DNA from: Callorhinchus milii
Taxonomy: Eukaryota
Assembly (NCBI RefSeq): GCF_018977255.1
Contig: NW_024704742.1
Span: 104,286,001 to 104,350,000 of the forward strand
Length of the DNA stretch: 64,000 nucleotides
Direction of reading: 5' to 3'
The notes under the pieces are model-generated. The model did not search any database and had not been told where the DNA came from. It saw nothing but the letters and a program-made list of their open reading frames with translations. Shown here in pieces: positions 63,956-64,000 of this stretch. The number at the start of each line of letters is the position of its first letter. Positions within the stretch are counted from its first letter, which is position 1. The translations under genes and the position numbers were made by a program.

Positions 63956-64000
63956 CACGTGGCAGCCATCTAAGTTATATCTATTGAGTAGCCCTCACAT

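Noticed and set aside
45141..64000. Search for exons of the next syntenic gene (NREP in human)
   Set aside because: I saw no translation resembling NREP or any other known protein; the region is treated as intergenic.

Overview
Vertebrate genomic DNA; the repeat content suggests a cartilaginous fish, possibly a chimaera (inference). The + strand carries the last 12 coding exons of EPB41L4A (296..32995), which splice in frame to a C-terminus ending ...PRIKAET*. Tail-to-tail on the - strand is a spliced, apparently non-coding gene (about 40011 down to 35150) driven by a CpG island with a 5'TOP-like start. It hosts an intact H/ACA snoRNA matching SNORA13 (38664..38794), so it is the positional equivalent of human EPB41L4A-AS1. 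The snoRNA and its downstream exon were duplicated as one unit, leaving a degenerate, GC-shifted second copy. A near-perfect 2.4 kb tandem duplication (40359..45141) abuts the promoter. The rest is L2 and CR1 LINE fragments, tRNA-derived SINEs (including Deu-domain copies), a Penelope-like remnant with a decayed hammerhead core, and an unclassified A-tailed repeat. Nearly all long ORFs in the supplied track are retroelement or low-complexity artefacts. All gene and family names come from recalled sequences, not database searches. I found no convincing wholly new system; the snoRNA host locus is the most interesting part.
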